Virus record (IMG/VR): IMGVR_UViG_3300034023_001061
Reading direction: 5' to 3' (one strand)
Origin: an uncultured virus (IMG/VR IMGVR_UViG_3300034023_001061)
Lineage: Duplodnaviria; Heunggongvirae; Uroviricota; Caudoviricetes
DNA length: 56,664 bases
Of the stretch, positions 28,937-39,302 are shown piece after piece; positions within the stretch are counted from its first letter, which is position 1, and each line of letters opens with the position of its first letter. Below the pieces are notes generated by a model. The model saw only the letters and a list, made by a program, of their open reading frames with translations. It was not told the origin of the DNA and ran no database searches. The translations under genes and the position numbers were made by a program.

Positions 28937-30052
28937 TCACTCCCTCGTCTTGGCGTTCGCGAACATCGTCCGCGCGGCGAGCGCGAGGAGTTCTTCGTTG
29001 ACGTGGTTCGCAGGGTTGAACGTGCCCATCGGCACGCGGTATTTCTTGAAGAGTCGCGTCACGAGGCGCCGCTGACGGTCCGGCGACAACGCGAAGAACT
29101 GACTCGTCGCCACCATGCCAGCGCGCTTGAGAAACGACCCCTCGTCGGCCCACTGGCGCGGGATTTGGCGCTTACGCTGCGACCTCGTGAGCGGGAGTCC
29201 AGACCTCGCCATGTCCTTGCGCGAGTCGCGAATGCGTTTCTGGAAACCGCGCTTCGAGTAGCGGTCGGGGTGAAACGACGCCTCTCGCTCGATCCAGACG
29301 CTCCAGCAGTGGTTGCGCACGGCGCGGATCGCCTGCTCGACCTGATAGCGCGACTCCAGTTCGGTGATCGCGCGGAGGTGCTTCGGGAGCGCGCGACGCA
29401 CCGCATCAGTGAGCGCGTAGAAATCGCCATCCTCGCCCGAGTCGGTCCACGCGGCGACGAGTTTCTCCAGTCGCTTCGGCGCGATCTTCGAGTTGACGCA
29501 GCACGGCGACGATCCCTCACGGTGAGGGAAGGGCATATCGTCGGCGAGGTCCATCGGGTGCACGCCCATGCGCTTCGCGTCGGCCTCGATCATGCTCGTG
29601 TACCCGCGCATCTCCGCCGTGAACGACGGCGTGTCGGGGCAGAGTTTGTCCTTCGCGTGGCGCATCCTCGCGCGAACGACCGAGCGCGGCACGGGCGTTT
29701 CGATCCCGCCCTTTCCCATGTGGGTGCGCACGATGAACGACGATTGGCACCTGTACGCCTTGCCGCGTCGCCCGTGCTGGAAGATCGTTTCGCCGAGCGG
29801 CGTCGCGCAGCCGATGACCATCGACGGCGAGGGGTCACCGCGCAGCGTCACCTCGCGACCGATCAGCTTCGACTTGCACCTGTACGGCGTGCCCGCCGAC
29901 TGCGTGAGCCACGGCTTCGGCACGCGACCGGGCTTCCAACCGCAGGCTTTACACAGCCCCGTCTCGCACTCGCGGTGTTCGTGCTTGGCGGCGCGCTTCG
30001 CTGCGCGGGCATCGTTTCGGAGAGCGCGGCGGGCGCGACGTTTGGCGGGCAT
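28937..30052 (-). CDS. Basic-tag hypothetical protein, Cys-containing
   Basis: MPAKRRARRALRND; class C and class A motifs upstream. Confidence 0.65.
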   Translation of the reverse strand: MPAKRRARRALRNDARAAKRAAKHEHRECETGLCKACGWKPGRVPKPWLTQSAGTPYRCKSKLIGREVTLRGDPSPSMVIGCATPLGETIFQHGRRGKAYRCQSSFIVRTHMGKGGIETPVPRSVVRARMRHAKDKLCPDTPSFTAEMRGYTSMIEADAKRMGVHPMDLADDMPFPHREGSSPCCVNSKIAPKRLEKLVAAWTDSGEDGDFYALTDAVRRALPKHLRAITELESRYQVEQAIRAVRNHCWSVWIEREASFHPDRYSKRGFQKRIRDSRKDMARSGLPLTRSQRKRQIPRQWADEGSFLKRAGMVATSQFFALSPDRQRRLVTRLFKKYRVPMGTFNPANHVNEELLALAARTMFANAKTRE

Positions 30053-30108
30053 ACGGCGACGTTACACGATTGCGCGGAGCGGCGCTACGGGGAACGTGCG
30101 GCGTTTAT

Positions 30109-31164
30109 TCAGCTACGGAGACGATTGCGACTCGACCCGTTCTTCGCGGCCTTGCGCCTCCGCTGCGGCGCGGGCTTGCCATACGCCGCGAGTTCCGCCT
30201 GAGCGGAGCGAACGAGCGATCGAACGTCCGAGGGGACCGGCACGCCCGCCGCCTCCCGCGCCGCCACGTCGTTGAGGAAATCCTGTGATAGTTCGGCGTA
30301 CAAGTCGTCCATCTTCTCACGCTTCGGCCCGCGCGACACGGTGAACGAACCCATCGAAATGAGGCGAGGAGCCGTCGCGACGGGCGGCACGCCGTGGCGG
30401 CGCTGCGCCTCTTGCAGAAGGCCGTTGAGACTGGAGTCCATCGCGCGCCACTCGCGACGTTTCTTGCCCTTCGCCAGAATCGACGGCGCTCGCCAGAAGC
30501 CCACGTCGCCGACGAAGATGCTCCCGTCACGGCGACGATAGAGCGAGAGTTCGTCGTGAACGCCCCACCCGTGTTTGCGCTCGATCGCGAGCAACTGGCC
30601 CTCCAGTTCGGCGTACTCCGTGCCCGTCATCGTCTGGAGCGGCTCGCCGTACTCGCGCACGAGCGCAGGCGTGCCGCCGTCGAGTTCCACGTAGGTCGTG
30701 CGCGGGATGATGCTGTACCCGAGACTCGCGAGTTCGTTCGCGATGCCCGCCTCTTGCCGAAGGTTGCGCGTCTGTTCGTCGCGCATCCACGGTCGGCCAT
30801 GAACGTTCGTCGCCGTCGCCAGCTTGACGACGCGCGGAGCATCGTCAGCCTCGATCTTGTACGCCGCGCCGAAGTTGCCAGAACCGAGCGGCTCGACGTA
30901 GCCGTACTGGCGCTTGCCGTCGCGGGTGAACGAGTACGATTGCGGCGCCAGTTTCAGTCGCGAGGCGATGCGAGCAGCCTCCGCGGTGTCGGGCCGTTTC
31001 CAGTGGTCACGGGACACGCGCGGCGGGTAGGTGATCGTGCGGGTGTTTCTGCGATCGTAGGCATCGTCGCCTTCGCCGACGCGCTCCACGTAGTCTTCGT
31101 CGCGGTATCGCTCCGCACGAAGCGGGTTGCGCGCACACGATCGGGTGTCCCGTCGAGGCTTCAT
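30109..31164 (-). CDS. Protein-kinase-like fold protein with basic tags at both ends
   Basis: LGSGNFGAAY, VVK, E helix, HDE, DVG; N-tag ARNP, C-tag AAKNG. Confidence 0.75.
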   Translation of the reverse strand: MKPRRDTRSCARNPLRAERYRDEDYVERVGEGDDAYDRRNTRTITYPPRVSRDHWKRPDTAEAARIASRLKLAPQSYSFTRDGKRQYGYVEPLGSGNFGAAYKIEADDAPRVVKLATATNVHGRPWMRDEQTRNLRQEAGIANELASLGYSIIPRTTYVELDGGTPALVREYGEPLQTMTGTEYAELEGQLLAIERKHGWGVHDELSLYRRRDGSIFVGDVGFWRAPSILAKGKKRREWRAMDSSLNGLLQEAQRRHGVPPVATAPRLISMGSFTVSRGPKREKMDDLYAELSQDFLNDVAAREAAGVPVPSDVRSLVRSAQAELAAYGKPAPQRRRKAAKNGSSRNRLRS

Positions 31165-32015
31165 CGCGACCCGCGCCTCGCGTGACTGCGATGCGGTTCG
31201 CTGCGACTCACGTAGGCGATCGCCTCGACGCGGCCCGTATCGAACTTGTGCCACTGAAACGAGAGCGCCACGTCTTCGACTTGCGCAGGCGAGAACGGGT
31301 CGTCGGCGTTCGATTGAGCGAGGTAGATTGCCGTGCGACCGCTATCGTGCATGAACGTGTGCGAGTCGATGACGGAGCCCCACTCGTATCCGTGTCGCGC
31401 GAGGATCTCACCGCACTTCGCGAGCGCGGCACCGATCGAACGGAACAGTGGCTTGCCGCCGACGTGCTCCGCGAGTTCACCGTTGATCGCCTCGGCGACG
31501 TGCTCCGGCATCGAACTACGAACGTGGATCTCTCCGCGCGTGGCGGGTCGCCTCGTCGCTGCGCCTCGCCCGTTCTTCTCCGCCTCGCGCCCCACGACGG
31601 CGGGCACCGGGGGCACCTCGCCGACGAGCCCCTCGCGCGAGGCGAACGTGCCCTCTTCGCGCACATCGAACTGGTCTACCGGGCCGTGAAGCCACGCGGG
31701 GTCCGCGTACTCCGCTTGACGGTAGATGCGCACGTCGGAACCGCGCCAGTGCACGCGAGGGGCGAGCGCGGCGTTGTAGACCGCGACGGTGCGACCGCGC
31801 TCCTTGATGACGAGCACCGACACGCCGTAGCGCGGAACGTGGCGCTTGACGCCCTTGAGCCACTGTTCGATGCCGCGCCACGCACTCGCGCGCGAGAACT
31901 TCTCGGTCCACGGCCACGCATCTTCGCCCCCGTCGGGGTAGGTCACGTCGAACGTGACTGTTCGTGCGGGAGCGGGGTTGTGAGCGGACGGACGTGTGAC
32001 TCGTCGAGAGTTCAT
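31161..32015 (-). CDS. Two-domain basic-tag protein
   Basis: N-tag SAHNP; internal EAEKNGR; ATGA overlaps. Confidence 0.7.
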   Translation of the reverse strand: MNSRRVTRPSAHNPAPARTVTFDVTYPDGGEDAWPWTEKFSRASAWRGIEQWLKGVKRHVPRYGVSVLVIKERGRTVAVYNAALAPRVHWRGSDVRIYRQAEYADPAWLHGPVDQFDVREEGTFASREGLVGEVPPVPAVVGREAEKNGRGAATRRPATRGEIHVRSSMPEHVAEAINGELAEHVGGKPLFRSIGAALAKCGEILARHGYEWGSVIDSHTFMHDSGRTAIYLAQSNADDPFSPAQVEDVALSFQWHKFDTGRVEAIAYVSRSEPHRSHARRGSR

Positions 32016-33205
32016 CGCGAGCCCGCCTTGCGCGCCGAGCGTCGCCCGTTCTTCTGCGACGGGCGGAAGGCGGGATCGGACCGCATGATTACTTTGCCGC
32101 TCGGTGTGGTGAACGGTCGGTAGGTCATACCGCCCGGACCTCCCATGTAAGGCCCGTGGTCGTCGATGCCGATCGTGGCCGTCGCCCTGCGACCGTCCCA
32201 TAGAGTGGCCGTTACCATGACGGTCCCCGGCACGGAGTGATCGAACGACCATGCGGGGTCGGCGGCGAGATCGAACTCCACGGAGAGGATGCCGCGAGCG
32301 GTATCCTCAAGACGCCGCGCTTCATCCGCGCCGATGGCCTTGGTTGCCTTCATTGATCGTCGCCCGTTCTTCTGCGCTTCGCGATCGAGGAACGTGAGAC
32401 TCACCACGCTGCCCTGCCGCCAGTAGTCGAGGAACCTGTACTGGTGCGCGTGGTAGAATGCCATCTCCACGTCGCGCTCGCTCATGCCGAACATCCCCCA
32501 CACGGGAGACTCCAGCGTGCGCAGCCCATTGCCGGTCGCGTTGTGAATGTCGCGGGCGATGTACGTGAACGTTTCGTCGTCGATGTGAAGTCCGCGGCGC
32601 CGCCCTTCGGCGTTGACGTTTCTGTCGCCCGACACCTTGTACGGTTCGTCGAGCACGCTCCACGCCACGAGGGCATCGAACAGGCGCAGCGACACGGAGT
32701 CGCGCTCCTTCTGGTCCCACCGCACGCCGCCCGTAAACTCGGCCTTGTCGCGGAGGCGCGGGTGCCCGTCGTCGTCGTAGACCGTCGCCACGTCGAACTG
32801 GTACGGCTTGCGCCTGAAGTTGCAGGTTCCGCCCTCGCGGTCGCACTCGTCGCGCACCATCTTCACTGCCTCGCGCAGCGTCCGACTGGCCTTGAGCGCA
32901 TCGTAGAACTCGCGTGCGTGCTTGTAGCGGTCGCGCGACTTCGGCACGGGCACGGTGCGCGAGAAGAGTTCCGACGCATCGCCCCTCGTACGCTTCACGC
33001 CGTCCACTGCGATCACGCGCTTCGACTCGATACGGTGGGGGAACTGCCTATCCTCGGAGTGCACGGTGACGTCGCCGCCGTCGTGCTCCTGAATCGAGTC
33101 AACGTAGATCGTGCGAACGAGCGGCTCGAAGTCCGCGCGGTACGTGACGGAGTGCTTGCGGTCGGGGTTGCCGGTTGCGCGGCGGCGGACTCTCGTGGCG
33201 GGCAT
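32012..33205 (-). CDS. Multi-domain basic-tag protein
   Basis: N-tag RRRATGNP; internal and C-terminal QKNGRRS. Confidence 0.7.
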   Translation of the reverse strand: MPATRVRRRATGNPDRKHSVTYRADFEPLVRTIYVDSIQEHDGGDVTVHSEDRQFPHRIESKRVIAVDGVKRTRGDASELFSRTVPVPKSRDRYKHAREFYDALKASRTLREAVKMVRDECDREGGTCNFRRKPYQFDVATVYDDDGHPRLRDKAEFTGGVRWDQKERDSVSLRLFDALVAWSVLDEPYKVSGDRNVNAEGRRRGLHIDDETFTYIARDIHNATGNGLRTLESPVWGMFGMSERDVEMAFYHAHQYRFLDYWRQGSVVSLTFLDREAQKNGRRSMKATKAIGADEARRLEDTARGILSVEFDLAADPAWSFDHSVPGTVMVTATLWDGRRATATIGIDDHGPYMGGPGGMTYRPFTTPSGKVIMRSDPAFRPSQKNGRRSARKAGSR

Positions 33206-33319
33206 ACCGGCGACGCTACACGATCGCCCGAAGTTCCGCTACGGCGAACGTCGCCCGTTTATTCACTCCGCCGTTTCCCGCTAGACGCGCGACGCGGCGC
33301 GGCGTAGGATCGCGGGACC

Positions 33320-33496
33320 ATGCGTAAACTCGTTCTTCTCGCCGCACTCCTCAACGCTTGCGACGACGCCGTTGTCGCGCCCCGCGACGCCACGCTCGAC
33401 TCGCCCGAGTCCGATGCGGTCACCGTGTTCGACGCCTCGCAGGAGCCGCTGAACGCTCCCGCCGACGTGCTCGACGCGGGCATCGACGCGCGCTGA
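33320..33496 (+). CDS. Small lipoprotein
   Basis: MRKLVLLAALLNAC lipobox; acidic DA/DAG tail. Confidence 0.7.
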   Translation: MRKLVLLAALLNACDDAVVAPRDATLDSPESDAVTVFDASQEPLNAPADVLDAGIDAR

Positions 33497-33527
33497 ACAT
33501 CCACGCCGCCGCTCACGTACAACTCCC

Positions 33528-33869
33528 GTGAGCACCACCCCCGACCCCAGCGCCATCACCTACTACGCCCATCGTCGCGTTCGCGCCGACGGCCTCGTCT
33601 CGTATTTCCACGCGTCGCCGAGTCGGTGGTGGGTCGAGTTGCACGGCAGTACCGAGCCCGTCGTGACGATCCGACTCCGCGAACGTACCGCTGCGGACGC
33701 GCCGTCGTCCTACTTCGCGTGGCTCAGGTTCGATCGCCCCGAGCGATACGCGATGGTATGGCCGTCGGAGGGGCAACTCGAAATGTGTTTTCCGGGCGGC
33801 TCGCAAGCGGAGGCCGACCGCGGTCTCGGACGCAAGGTGAACTTGATCGTCGAGGAGGTGACGACGTGA
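33528..33869 (+). CDS. Hypothetical protein (paralogue A)
   Basis: TGAAC-N17-CGTA upstream; similar to the next gene. Confidence 0.7.
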   Translation: MSTTPDPSAITYYAHRRVRADGLVSYFHASPSRWWVELHGSTEPVVTIRLRERTAADAPSSYFAWLRFDRPERYAMVWPSEGQLEMCFPGGSQAEADRGLGRKVNLIVEEVTT

Positions 33870-34187
33870 GCGCCGACCCTAGTTCGCACGCCTACTACGC
33901 CCACCGCATCGTGCGGCGAAGTGGCGTACTCGCACGCGACCCCGAAGCGCGAGCGGCTTCGCTTCTACGGCGGCAACGACCCGATCGTGGCCGTGAGGTT
34001 GCGCGAGCGTACCGACGCCGACCCGCCGTCAACGTACTTCGGGTGGCTCGCAACGGGAGGGAGCGCCTACGAAATGGTGTGGCGCTCACGCACGCACTTC
34101 GAGGCGTGTTTCCAGTACACTTCCGACGAGGCGGCGAGCAAGGGCCGCGGGCGTCGGGTCAACCTCGTCGTCGAGGAGGTTCCGTAA
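33866..34187 (+). pseudogene. Paralogue B, frameshifted near 33914
   Basis: YYAHR lies in one frame; RLRERT.AD.PS.YF.WL...VNL.VEEV lies in another. Confidence 0.6.
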
Positions 34188-34753
34188 TGCGCTGGCTCAC
34201 CTCAGATTTGCACGTCGGACACACGAACATCATCACGTACTGCAAGCGTCCGTTCCCCGACGTAGCGGCGATGAACGAGGCGATCTTCTCGCGCTGGCGG
34301 GCGTCGGTCGCGCCCGACGACGAGGTTTGGGTTCTCGGCGACGTGGTGCTCGGGCACGACTGGCGCGAGTCGCTGCACGCCATCGCCGCGCTGCCAGGGC
34401 GCAAGGTGCTCGTGGCGGGCAACCACGATCGGTGCTGGCACGGGCACGGCGCGAAGCACGCACTGTACGTCTCCGACTACGCCGTCGCCTTCGACGTTCG
34501 GCAAGGCACGCAGCGCCTCACGATCGACGGCATCGAGTGCGACGTGTCGCACTTCCCGTACGTGGACGAAGAGCGCGAGCGGCCCGACAAGTACGCGCAG
34601 TGGCGCCCGCGCGACGAAGGGCGACCGCTGTTGTGCGGCCACGTTCACGAGAAGTGGCGGCGGCGCGGGTGCGAGGTGAACGTGGGCGTGGACGTGTGGG
34701 ACTTCGCCCCCGTCGCGGAGACCACGCTCGCGGCGATGCTGCGGGCGATTTAG
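34187..34753 (+). CDS. Calcineurin-like metallophosphoesterase
   Basis: SDLHVGH, LGD, GNHD, SHFP, CGHVH, NVGVD. Confidence 0.92.
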   Translation: MRWLTSDLHVGHTNIITYCKRPFPDVAAMNEAIFSRWRASVAPDDEVWVLGDVVLGHDWRESLHAIAALPGRKVLVAGNHDRCWHGHGAKHALYVSDYAVAFDVRQGTQRLTIDGIECDVSHFPYVDEERERPDKYAQWRPRDEGRPLLCGHVHEKWRRRGCEVNVGVDVWDFAPVAETTLAAMLRAI

Positions 34754-35400
34754 GACGCGCTCTTGCGCTGCTCGTACGATGCGAGCGCATCGTCTGCCGT
34801 GGGCTGCAATTTGTCGAGGTTGATCGCCATGTAGTCGCTGTTCTTGCCGAGGCGCTTGAATCCGATGCGACTCCAGTGCTCGCGCAGTTTTCGGAACGCC
34901 GCCGTCCGCTCGGGCGAGAGAGTCGGCGCGTCGGTCGATGCGAACTGCAAGGGGAACGCCTTGCCGATCGCGTAACCGCACCCCGCCCCGAACGTCTTCA
35001 CGAACCGCATCGCCGCCATAAGCCCGACGCCGATGCCGCGGTGCGCTTCATCGACCTTCACGAGTTCGACGATGAGCGTGTCGATGCCGTTCGATGCGTC
35101 TTCGATAAGATCCTCCACCTCGTCGCGAGCGAAGCCCGTCGCGGGGTCGGCGATCGCGTTCATGTACGACACGAGTTAGCCGTCGATCGCGTCGCAGGCG
35201 TCCATCGCTTCGTGGTAGGCGCCGCACGCCAGAACACGCCACCCGCGAACCTCGCCGACGATTTTCTCGCGGTCGTCGTCGCCGACGAAAACGATCTTGC
35301 CGTCGATGCGCTGCAAGACGTGCTCGAACTCGTCTTCGACGTTTGCGAGACTGCTCTCGATGCCGAAGCGAACCCTGTACTGGTCGATGTAGTGGCTCAT
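34750..35400 (-). pseudogene. GNAT-like acetyltransferase split by an in-frame TAA at 35176-35178
   Basis: ...GGC TAA CTC GTG...; VDEAHRGIGVG and HWSRIGF motifs. Confidence 0.65.
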
Positions 35401-35431
35401 GCCACGTTGACGCCGCGATGGTGGCGACTAT

Positions 35432-36481
35432 TCACCGAACGCCGCAGTCCATCGCAGCGCGAACGTACGCGGCGTGACTGTATCGGTTCTCGGCGTCGGC
35501 GAAACTCTTGGCCGCTCGGTAGACGCGCGTGACGCAGTTCGGGTTCAGAATCACCGTCTCCGACGCCATCGGCTGAAACACGTCGTAGCCCGATGCCTTC
35601 GCGTAGGCGTACGCCTCGCGCACGAACTCCAAGTGCGAGAACGAAGGATCGCCGGGAGTAATGCTCGCGATCCACGCAGCACGCATCGAACGACCGTTCG
35701 CCGCCGCGAGTGCGTGCATACGGTCGACCATCCGATCGAACCACGCAGGCTTCGACGACGGCGCAAAACCGAACCTATCGGTGACGTTTGCCGACCACTC
35801 CAGAATCGACGCGTCAAGGCGCACTTCTACCGCGAGCACGTTCTTGCCGTACGAGGAATACGGTGTGGTCGTGGTGTAGAAGCCCTCGCCGAAGAAACCC
35901 TTGTCGGTGCGACTGCCATACATCGCAGGGTCGGGCTTCTGCTCCGCGAGCAAACGCTTCACGTTCGCCGCGGTCGAACCGTGGAAGTATCGCCGCGTGC
36001 GAAGGTCGAACTCGCGCACGGTGAGGCGCCACGGAGGCACGTCGCCCACCCCGTACCACGGGGCAACTCGATCCATGCAGTCGGCGCTCACGGTGGAACG
36101 CCCGTTCTTCTGCGCCCGTCGCCCCGCGCGCTTGCTCTCGAACGTCGCGATCACGTCACGGAGCCACGGCGCCACCGGGTCTTGCCACCCGCTCTTGCGG
36201 TAGGGGATCGACGGCGTGCCACCCCACAAGAGCCAAGAAACCGCCGCAGGCGACTTCGGGTCGCGCATACGCTTCGCCGACTCGGCCTTCGCGACGCCGT
36301 GGCGCGCGAACCACCCGCGCATCTTCTTCGCCTTCGCGTAGTCGATCGGTTCGCCGTCGGCGAGACGTTCGGCCCACCGCACCGTCTCACCGCGCAGCCC
36401 CTTGCCCGCGTAGCCCTCGCGGACCAGCGCGAGCCCCTTGCGGAGCGCGGAGCGTACGGCGGCGGGCGCGGTGGTGCTCAT
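35432..36481 (-). CDS. Phage head-associated domain plus H-Y-E-type ART domain, joined by QKNGR
   Basis: RKGL...KMRGWFARH...SWLLWGG; then YFHGS...FGEGFYTT...YG...GYD...ETVILNP. Confidence 0.75.
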   Translation of the reverse strand: MSTTAPAAVRSALRKGLALVREGYAGKGLRGETVRWAERLADGEPIDYAKAKKMRGWFARHGVAKAESAKRMRDPKSPAAVSWLLWGGTPSIPYRKSGWQDPVAPWLRDVIATFESKRAGRRAQKNGRSTVSADCMDRVAPWYGVGDVPPWRLTVREFDLRTRRYFHGSTAANVKRLLAEQKPDPAMYGSRTDKGFFGEGFYTTTTPYSSYGKNVLAVEVRLDASILEWSANVTDRFGFAPSSKPAWFDRMVDRMHALAAANGRSMRAAWIASITPGDPSFSHLEFVREAYAYAKASGYDVFQPMASETVILNPNCVTRVYRAAKSFADAENRYSHAAYVRAAMDCGVR

Positions 36482-37041
36482 CAGCCGACCAGATCGCCCC
36501 ACGCTCGGATGACGAACTTCTTCTTGGCGACATCGTAGATCACCGTGGCGATGTACGGATCGCCCATGTTCACGCAGAGGAACCGCGTGTCGCCGAAGTA
36601 GCGATCGACCCACAGGCCGTCGTCGCGACGGATCGCCTCGACGCCGTGAGCGTCGAGCACGCGGTCTACGCGCGCGAGTACGTTGCCGACGAAACTGCCG
36701 CCGTACATCGCGGCCTCGTTCATCGCGTCACGCAGCGACTCCGCGTCGGCCTTCGTGAACGTTCGCCCGTCGTGCCTCGCGTGCGGCGAAACCAGCGCGT
36801 AGATTGCAGCCGACGACGGGGCACGAGACACCTTGCGGGCGCTCGCGATCTTCTTGACGCGGGGCTTGCCGGTCTTGCCTCCGCAGATCGCGCACTCCTT
36901 GCCGCGGGGCCAGTGATAGAGTTCGTGACTCATGCGGACGCCGCGCCATCGGCTATCGGCGCTCTTGCCCGCCTCCCAGAAGCACGCCTCGTGAACGAAC
37001 CCGCCGCCAGTGGAGTACCCGATCGTTTTCGCGCTGCTCAT
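36481..37041 (-). CDS. Two-domain hypothetical protein with basic linker
   Basis: HEAC...CAICG, basic linker, then HGVE..NMGDPY..T. Confidence 0.65.
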   Translation of the reverse strand: MSSAKTIGYSTGGGFVHEACFWEAGKSADSRWRGVRMSHELYHWPRGKECAICGGKTGKPRVKKIASARKVSRAPSSAAIYALVSPHARHDGRTFTKADAESLRDAMNEAAMYGGSFVGNVLARVDRVLDAHGVEAIRRDDGLWVDRYFGDTRFLCVNMGDPYIATVIYDVAKKKFVIRAWGDLVG

Positions 37042-37094
37042 CGTGGCGACGATGCTACGCACAAGTGGTGCGCGCGAGCAAGCGATTACGCGGC

Positions 37095-37670
37095 CTACCA
37101 GTTCTTGACGATCCTCACGAGTCGCGCGTCGTTGTGCGGCTTGAGCACAACTTCGTGCTCGTGTCCGAAGCCGCGAGAGGCCAGCGGCGTATCGTCCTGC
37201 GCGTGGTGCGCGAGAACGTCGCTCGCCGCCACGTCGTACACGGCGACGAACTTCGCAGCGCCGGTCACGTCGTCGGTGGTGACGGAGAGGCCCGACGTTT
37301 CGTCCGCGGACTCGCCCTTGAGTCGCCGGTACATCCGCGCATGGTCGCCGCCGTGATGCGAGACGAACGCCCGCTCGACCCCGGCGTCCCACGCGCTTCG
37401 CTGCGCTTGCGGCAACGACTCGTAGTCGCTCAGAAGCGCGTTCTTCGCGTCGCGTGTGCCATAGAACACCCACTCGTTTAGGGACGGGTACAGGGTGTCT
37501 AGCGCAGAAGCGTAGGCCCGCTCGCGGAACCCGTTTCGCTGCGAGCGCCTCACGCTACCGGGCCGTGCGATCGCCGAGCACCCGCACACGACGCCGCGCC
37601 CGCGGTCGTCCGTGATCGAGCACGCACGCCCGCAACCGGCGCAGCGAACGCGACGCTTGCGCGCGGTCAT
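37095..37670 (-). CDS. Basic-tag R-S-E-type ART-like protein
   Basis: Tag RRSQRNG; MYRR...LSVTTD...EHEVVL. Confidence 0.65.
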   Translation of the reverse strand: MTARKRRVRCAGCGRACSITDDRGRGVVCGCSAIARPGSVRRSQRNGFRERAYASALDTLYPSLNEWVFYGTRDAKNALLSDYESLPQAQRSAWDAGVERAFVSHHGGDHARMYRRLKGESADETSGLSVTTDDVTGAAKFVAVYDVAASDVLAHHAQDDTPLASRGFGHEHEVVLKPHNDARLVRIVKNW

Positions 37671-38263
37671 CGGCGATGTTTGCCCATCCGACGCGAGCCG
37701 TTACGCTCTGCACGGCGACGCTCCGCCTCATCGATGTCCGGGGTTTCGTTGAACGTAAGAAAACGACCCTCGCCGACGCGCTTGTGCATCCGCGCGAGAC
37801 GTTCGTCGCCCTGCCAGCCGGGGATCGCCTCGATGCGCCCCGCCATCTTGGCGCGGTAGTTATCGCGATCGAGGTGACTCTCCATCGCCTCTACCACCGA
37901 TGTTTTCAGCGCCTTTGATGCCTCGCGAGACCGCGCGCGAAGCCATGCAAGCCGAGCCGAAATAGGCGGCACCGCGCCACTGTTCCGCAGACCCGTGAAC
38001 CACACGTTGTAGTCGACCTTGTCTCGCATCGTCATCGCATCCATCGCGTCGGCGAGACGGTCGTCCACGAACTCGCTTGCAGCGAACAACGACGTAACGT
38101 CGGGCACCCTCAGTTTCTCGTAGTGAAACTCGGTGATCTTGGCCGACGATTCGCCGTGAATGGCACGGAACTCGTAGCTGTAGTGCCGTTCGCCGCGAAT
38201 CTTCTTTGTCTCGAAGCGAACGATCTCTTTGGCCGTCGCGCTGGTCTTCCACTCGTCTGCCAT
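37667..38263 (-). CDS. Hypothetical protein with C-terminal tag (AERNG)
   Basis: TTGCGC-N18-TAGGAT-N6-ATG; shares a module with 38307-39302. Confidence 0.65.
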   Translation of the reverse strand: MADEWKTSATAKEIVRFETKKIRGERHYSYEFRAIHGESSAKITEFHYEKLRVPDVTSLFAASEFVDDRLADAMDAMTMRDKVDYNVWFTGLRNSGAVPPISARLAWLRARSREASKALKTSVVEAMESHLDRDNYRAKMAGRIEAIPGWQGDERLARMHKRVGEGRFLTFNETPDIDEAERRRAERNGSRRMGKHRR

Positions 38264-38306
38264 TCGTCGATCCTATCGTCGGTGCGCGGTCACGCGCAAG
38301 TTGAGC

Positions 38307-39302
38307 CTACCGCCGACTCCGCGGCGCCTTGCGGGGCTTCGCCGCCGAACGTCGCGCGGCACGCCGACCGTTCGTCGCAGCGCGGCGGCGCAGCGGCCCG
38401 AGCGCGGCTTCGACCTCCGCGTCCGTCGGGTAGTAGAACGGGACGCCGAAATCCTTCATCATCGCGCGCACCATGCGGAGTTGCGCCTCCGACGTGGCAA
38501 CGCCGTCCGCGATCTGCGTTGCGAGCGTGCGGGCGAACTCAGCCGCGTCCGCGTTGCCCACGCGCTTCGCGATGGCGTACGCCTCGCGCAGTGCCACCGG
38601 GCGCCCATCCCGCGGGTCGTAGGCGTCGGGGGCGACCGCACGCACGGGACCGGGCGCGGAGGGCGCTGCGGGGGCCGTGGGGCGCTGCGGCGGGGGTACG
38701 GACGGGGGCCGAGCGGCGGGGGCCGACGCACCGATGCCAGCGCGACGTTCCATCTGCTCGATATGCTGGTGCTCGCCTTCGGTGAGAACCTTCCTCTCGT
38801 CGGCGCGATTGTGCATCCGCGCGAGACGTTCGTCGCTCCGCCAGCCGGGGATCGCCTCGATGCGAGCCATCGTATCGAGGCGGTATCGGCCACGATCGGG
38901 GACGCTTGCGTTGCGCTCGTAGAAGTCGGGCATCTTCGCGTACTCGGCGCGCATCGAATTGACGCCCTCGCGCCAGTTCTCACGCCAGTTCTTCGTGCGG
39001 TTGAAGCCCTTCTGCCCCTGCGCCCTCTTGTTCACCGTCTCCCCCGACACGGTGCTGATAAGCGAGAGTTGCATCGACCCTTCGCCCTTGCCGACGCCCT
39101 TGTCGCCGCTGCCGATCGTGGACGACACCTTGATCGCGACCTTGGGGCCGAGAGGGAGTCGGTAGATGCCCACATGGTTCGGGTCGCGCACCCACGGGGT
39201 GCCGAGCGTTTCGAGCCACGCTTCGAGGTCGGCGCGGGAGATTTCGACGTAGGTCGACGCGTTCGGGAACGAGCGGCGGGCAGTTCTCTTCGGGGTTCTC
39301 AC
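38307..39302 (-). CDS. Multi-domain basic-tag protein
   Basis: N-tag RRSFPNA; C-tag RRRAATNGRR. Confidence 0.7.
   Translation of the reverse strand: MRTPKRTARRSFPNASTYVEISRADLEAWLETLGTPWVRDPNHVGIYRLPLGPKVAIKVSSTIGSGDKGVGKGEGSMQLSLISTVSGETVNKRAQGQKGFNRTKNWRENWREGVNSMRAEYAKMPDFYERNASVPDRGRYRLDTMARIEAIPGWRSDERLARMHNRADERKVLTEGEHQHIEQMERRAGIGASAPAARPPSVPPPQRPTAPAAPSAPGPVRAVAPDAYDPRDGRPVALREAYAIAKRVGNADAAEFARTLATQIADGVATSEAQLRMVRAMMKDFGVPFYYPTDAEVEAALGPLRRRAATNGRRAARRSAAKPRKAPRSRR

Noticed and set aside
31560..36120. Repeated AGAAGAACGGGCG as a DNA-level element
   Set aside because: Always in the frame encoding KNGR, other tag copies use synonymous codons, and no correctly spaced CGTA box follows; better explained as a peptide motif
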